From NCBI RefSeq assembly GCF_009914755.1, contig NC_060928.1: a stretch of DNA of 64,000 bases; one strand, written 5' to 3'. Position numbers and translations under genes: made by a program. The notes beneath the pieces are model-generated. The model was not told the DNA's origin. It saw nothing but the letters and a program-made list of their open reading frames with translations, and searched no databases. The stretch comes from the human T2T-CHM13v2.0 reference genome, Homo sapiens. Below, one piece after another: positions 59,809 to 64,000 of this stretch (positions are counted from its first letter, which is position 1; the number at the start of each line of letters is the position of its first letter).

Positions 59809-62800
59809 CATTAAAGAAACCGGATCAATGTATCTAAATAGATACTAAAAGAGAAAAATCCAAAGAACACTTTAATTATCCACTGATTTCCCTAATTTAT
59901 ACTTATGCAACAAGTAGAAACCAAACTAGTCATAAAGAATTACTGAGGAATAAATACATGTACAAGATATATGGTTCCCCTGTTGAAGGCTTAAACACAA
60001 CTGATTTGATACTAGAATATTTTGCTCTATTTAAATGCTTCTTAGTTACCATTGGGGAAACTAGTCTCACCCTCTCATTAGCGTCCCCTGAGTTTTATAT
60101 CTAATATTATATAAGTTTGTTTTGCCCTCTCATGAAATATAGAATGTAATGAATATGGAGTGAAGACTCAGGTTGGAGTCCATGATTTGCCATGGTACTA
60201 GCTGTAGTAATTCTGGACAAATGTATCTCTCTGAATCACTGAGATAGATACATCCTCTTCTTTAAGACTTGGAATATTATCAACACCTCATATATTGAAA
60301 ATTTAATTATTTCATGAAAAACATTTAGTAAAACAGATATGTTCCAGATACTGAATTAATTTGCATGGAACTTCTTGAAAAAATGTAATGCAATAAACAA
60401 ATGCTAGATGCTGTCAGAAACTAGAAATATACAATTCAAATGTGTGAACCAGATTTACTCATGCCTAAGTTCTTAGGCACAAATTCAGGAGATATATTCC
60501 AACCAGGATATATCCATATTATTTCCCTTTATCTTTTACCAGCTCTGTAAATTATTACTTATAAAGTTGTAATACTAGAATTTTTATATTTATAGCACTG
60601 ATATGTATCATTTTATGCAAATGTAGCTAAATAATCTAGATGTATAGAGAAATGAAAGGACAAAATCTGGGGTTAATAGCATGCTTTAAAAGAAGAAACA
60701 ATTTAAATAGGAGGTTTGTTTAGCAAAATAATCAGACACAGAAAAACTCTTATAAAAGATACCTAGTAAATAAAGTATAACTGATTCATTATACTGAAAT
60801 AACTTATAGAAAACAGACTATGAATACTTTATAGAAGACTGATAGTGAGTGAAAAATATATACCTCCAGGATGGAAGAAAGGGAAATGGACTGGCAAATG
60901 ACAGATGGGAATTTCAATTTCATCTGTCATATTTTATTCCTTTAAATGCAAGGTAGTTGAACATACACTATATTCCTCTGTAAAATTTCCAGAGGCCTGA
61001 CATATTTCATAAATTGAAAAAAAAAGTTTTATAATTCCAAACAGTAAGCTTGATACATTAAAGATTCAACTCTGTTGAACATCTTTCTCAGCAGTACAGA
61101 AAATTCCAGGTTCACTAAAACCTCTCTCTCAAGGCTTTTATAATGGATATCAGAATCATTGTTCTAACCAACTTTTACCATTCAGAAAGGAAAAAGTCTA
61201 TACTAACTCTGGTTCTCTACTGTCTACAAAATGAATTATAAATATTCTAAGTTAGCATACGTAGCCTTCCCTGATCTAACTCCTGCCTTTTCTCCAACCA
61301 TTCCGTAAGTAAATTATATGCACTTATAAGAAACAACTAACCCATGACGCTGTTTAAACATTTGAACTTTTGCACATACTATCTGAAATGTCTTTTTCCC
61401 CATCTCTGTTCATCTGTCAAGTGTCCTGTCTTCCAAACTAAACTAAAACAGTTTCTTCTAGTTTTATCACAAACCGAACAATTACCTAACCACACTAAAC
61501 AACAGTTTGTTCATACGTAACATACGAACAAGTATGTACTGGTCTAAATGATGTCTCAACGCCTTCTCCAATCTTACTTGTTGGAATTCGTTGTTACCAA
61601 CACCACATTCTCCAAGCACATTCACATTCTAATTACATTTATGATTTGAGAATTTGGGGAAAGGGAGGGTTGGGGAGGAGGGCTAGAATGTTTAGCTCCT
61701 TGACAACAGGAACAATATTACTGCCTTTGTATTACCCTCTGGATCTGTCATAGTGATTCACCTAATAAAAGTAATTGAATTTTATGGCTGATAAAGGGTT
61801 TACTTAACATAATGCTTTTTCAATAAAGAAGCAGAACAGTTTTTAAATAATAAGAAAGATGACTAATACAAAAATGAGCACTTGTGGCAAATGATAATGC
61901 TTTAGAGAACACTAAAACAAGTGACAAAAGTCTTCAAATTTTTTTTAAAGTTTTATTGAGCTCCCAATAAACACCTACCTTAAACTCATAGTTTGGTGGG
62001 AAAGATAAAGATGCATAAAACATCTGAGATCAGCAAGAATAAAGAGCTAAAGCCTAAGAAAAACTGGGAGAAAGAGGATGGTAGAAGGTATACTACCATT
62101 ATTGTTTGTTTGTTAGTAATGGACACAATGGTTAAAACAAAGATGAAAATTTTAATTTCAGAGAAGACAAATTCAGGATAAAGAAGGCTAAAAATGAAAA
62201 ACAAAATACTCTTGCAAATTGAAGAAATAATATTCAAGTATAAATTAAGGGCTTGTGCATTGCTTAAAAATGGAAACACATTCTGATAAATGCATCTTTG
62301 AGGTGATTTGTTGTTGTTGTGCTAACATCAGAGTGTACTTACACAAACCTAAATAGAAGAGCCTACTGTATACAGTCTGTACAGAACGTTACTGTACTGA
62401 ATACTGTAGGCAATTGTATTTGTATACCTAAACGTATCTAAACATAGAAAAGAACAATAAAAATATGGTATAAAAGATACAAAATAGTATACCTGTATAG
62501 GGCACTTACCATGAATGGAGCTTGAAGGATGGGAAGTTGCTCTGGGTGAGTGAGTGAATGTGAAAGCCTAGGACATTACCATATACTACTGTGGACTTTA
62601 TAAACATTGTACGACTACACTAAATTTATTTCCTTTCAAAAATAATCTTAACTTACTATAATTTTTTTACATTATAAACTTTTAATTTTTAAAAGCTCTT
62701 TGGTCTTTTGTAATAAGACTTCTTTATTGATAGTCTTATTCTATAATTTTTTTCTATTTAAACTTTTTTTTAAAACTTTTTAACCTTTTTTGTTAAAAAC

Positions 62801-63011
62801 TAAGACACAAATACACACATTAGCCTAGGCATACACAGAGTAAGGATCATCAATATTACTATCTTCCACCTTAACATCTTGTCCCACTGGAAAATCTTCA
62901 GGGGCAATAATAGGCATGGAGCTGTCATCTATGATAACAATGCCTTCTTCTGGAATATCTCCTGAAGGACTTTTTTTTCTAAATTAAAATAACAATAAAA
63001 ACTATAGTACA

Positions 63012-63298
63012 TGTTCGGACATGGTGTTCATGCCTGTAATCCCAGAAGTTTGAGGCTAAGGTGGGTGGATCCCTTGAGCTCACGAGTTCAAGACCAGCCT
63101 GGGCAACATAACGAAACCCTGTCTCTGCAAAAACCACAAAAATTAGCCAGGCATGGTTGTGCACATCGGGAAACTTAGCTAATCAGGAGGCTGAAGTGGG
63201 AGATCACCTGAGACTGACAAGGTCAAGGCTGCAGTGAGCCATGATCACACCACTGCACTCTAGCCTGGGTGACAGAGTGAGACCCTGTCTCAAAAAAA

Positions 63299-63350
<52 letters not shown>

Positions 63351-63361
63351 TATATATATAT
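63012..63361 (+). mobile_element. AluJ with A tail running into (TA)n
   Basis: gtcaaggctgcagtgagccatgatc, gaccctgtctc, A-run then tatata. Confidence 0.9.
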
Positions 63362-63523
63362 AGTATAGTAAATACATAAACTAGTAACACATTCACTTAT
63401 CAAGTATTATGTACTGTACATAATTGTATGTGGTATATTTTTGAAGGGCAGTAGATTTGTTTGTACTAGCATTACTACAAACACGTGAGTAATGCATTGC
63501 ACCACAACCATTAGGATGTCTAA

Positions 63524-63818
<295 letters not shown>

Positions 63819-64000
63819 GAACAGGATGTCGAAGACATCACTAGGTGATAGGAACTTCCCAACTCCATTATAAACTTATGGGACCACCCTCTTATATGTG
63901 GTCTGTTGTTGACCAAAATGTCTTTACGTAGAACATGACTATACAAATAAGTAATTTGCAAGAGCAATCAATTTTTAAGGCAAAAGAAACTCAAAAGCAC

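Overview
Primate (most likely human) genomic DNA, AT-rich and repeat-dense, with no prokaryotic content. The window lies inside the LCORL gene, which is transcribed on the minus strand. Three canonical GT-AG coding exons are visible: 37150-37215 (66 nt), 27300-27379 (80 nt) and 26233-26362 (130 nt). They join in frame to give [59 protein letters not shown]...NALFRKK. A fourth, 47-nt frameshifting cassette exon candidate lies at 24595-24641. The rest is intron filled with Alu, L1, L2, MIR, MaLR LTRs and DNA transposons. Repeat boundaries and subfamily names were assigned by eye and are approximate. The most notable observations are: (1) the 276-nt exon block would form a stop-free circular ORF if back-spliced; (2) the 47-nt poison/uORF-switch exon; (3) an inverted AluY pair sharing non-consensus substitutions, suggesting gene conversion; (4) two repair-like scars with locally templated sequence; (5) a fossil pogo/Tigger transposase; (6) an orphan mRNA 3'-end retrocopy. 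Apart from the ORF overlapping exon 3, the supplied ORFs derive from repeats or chance.
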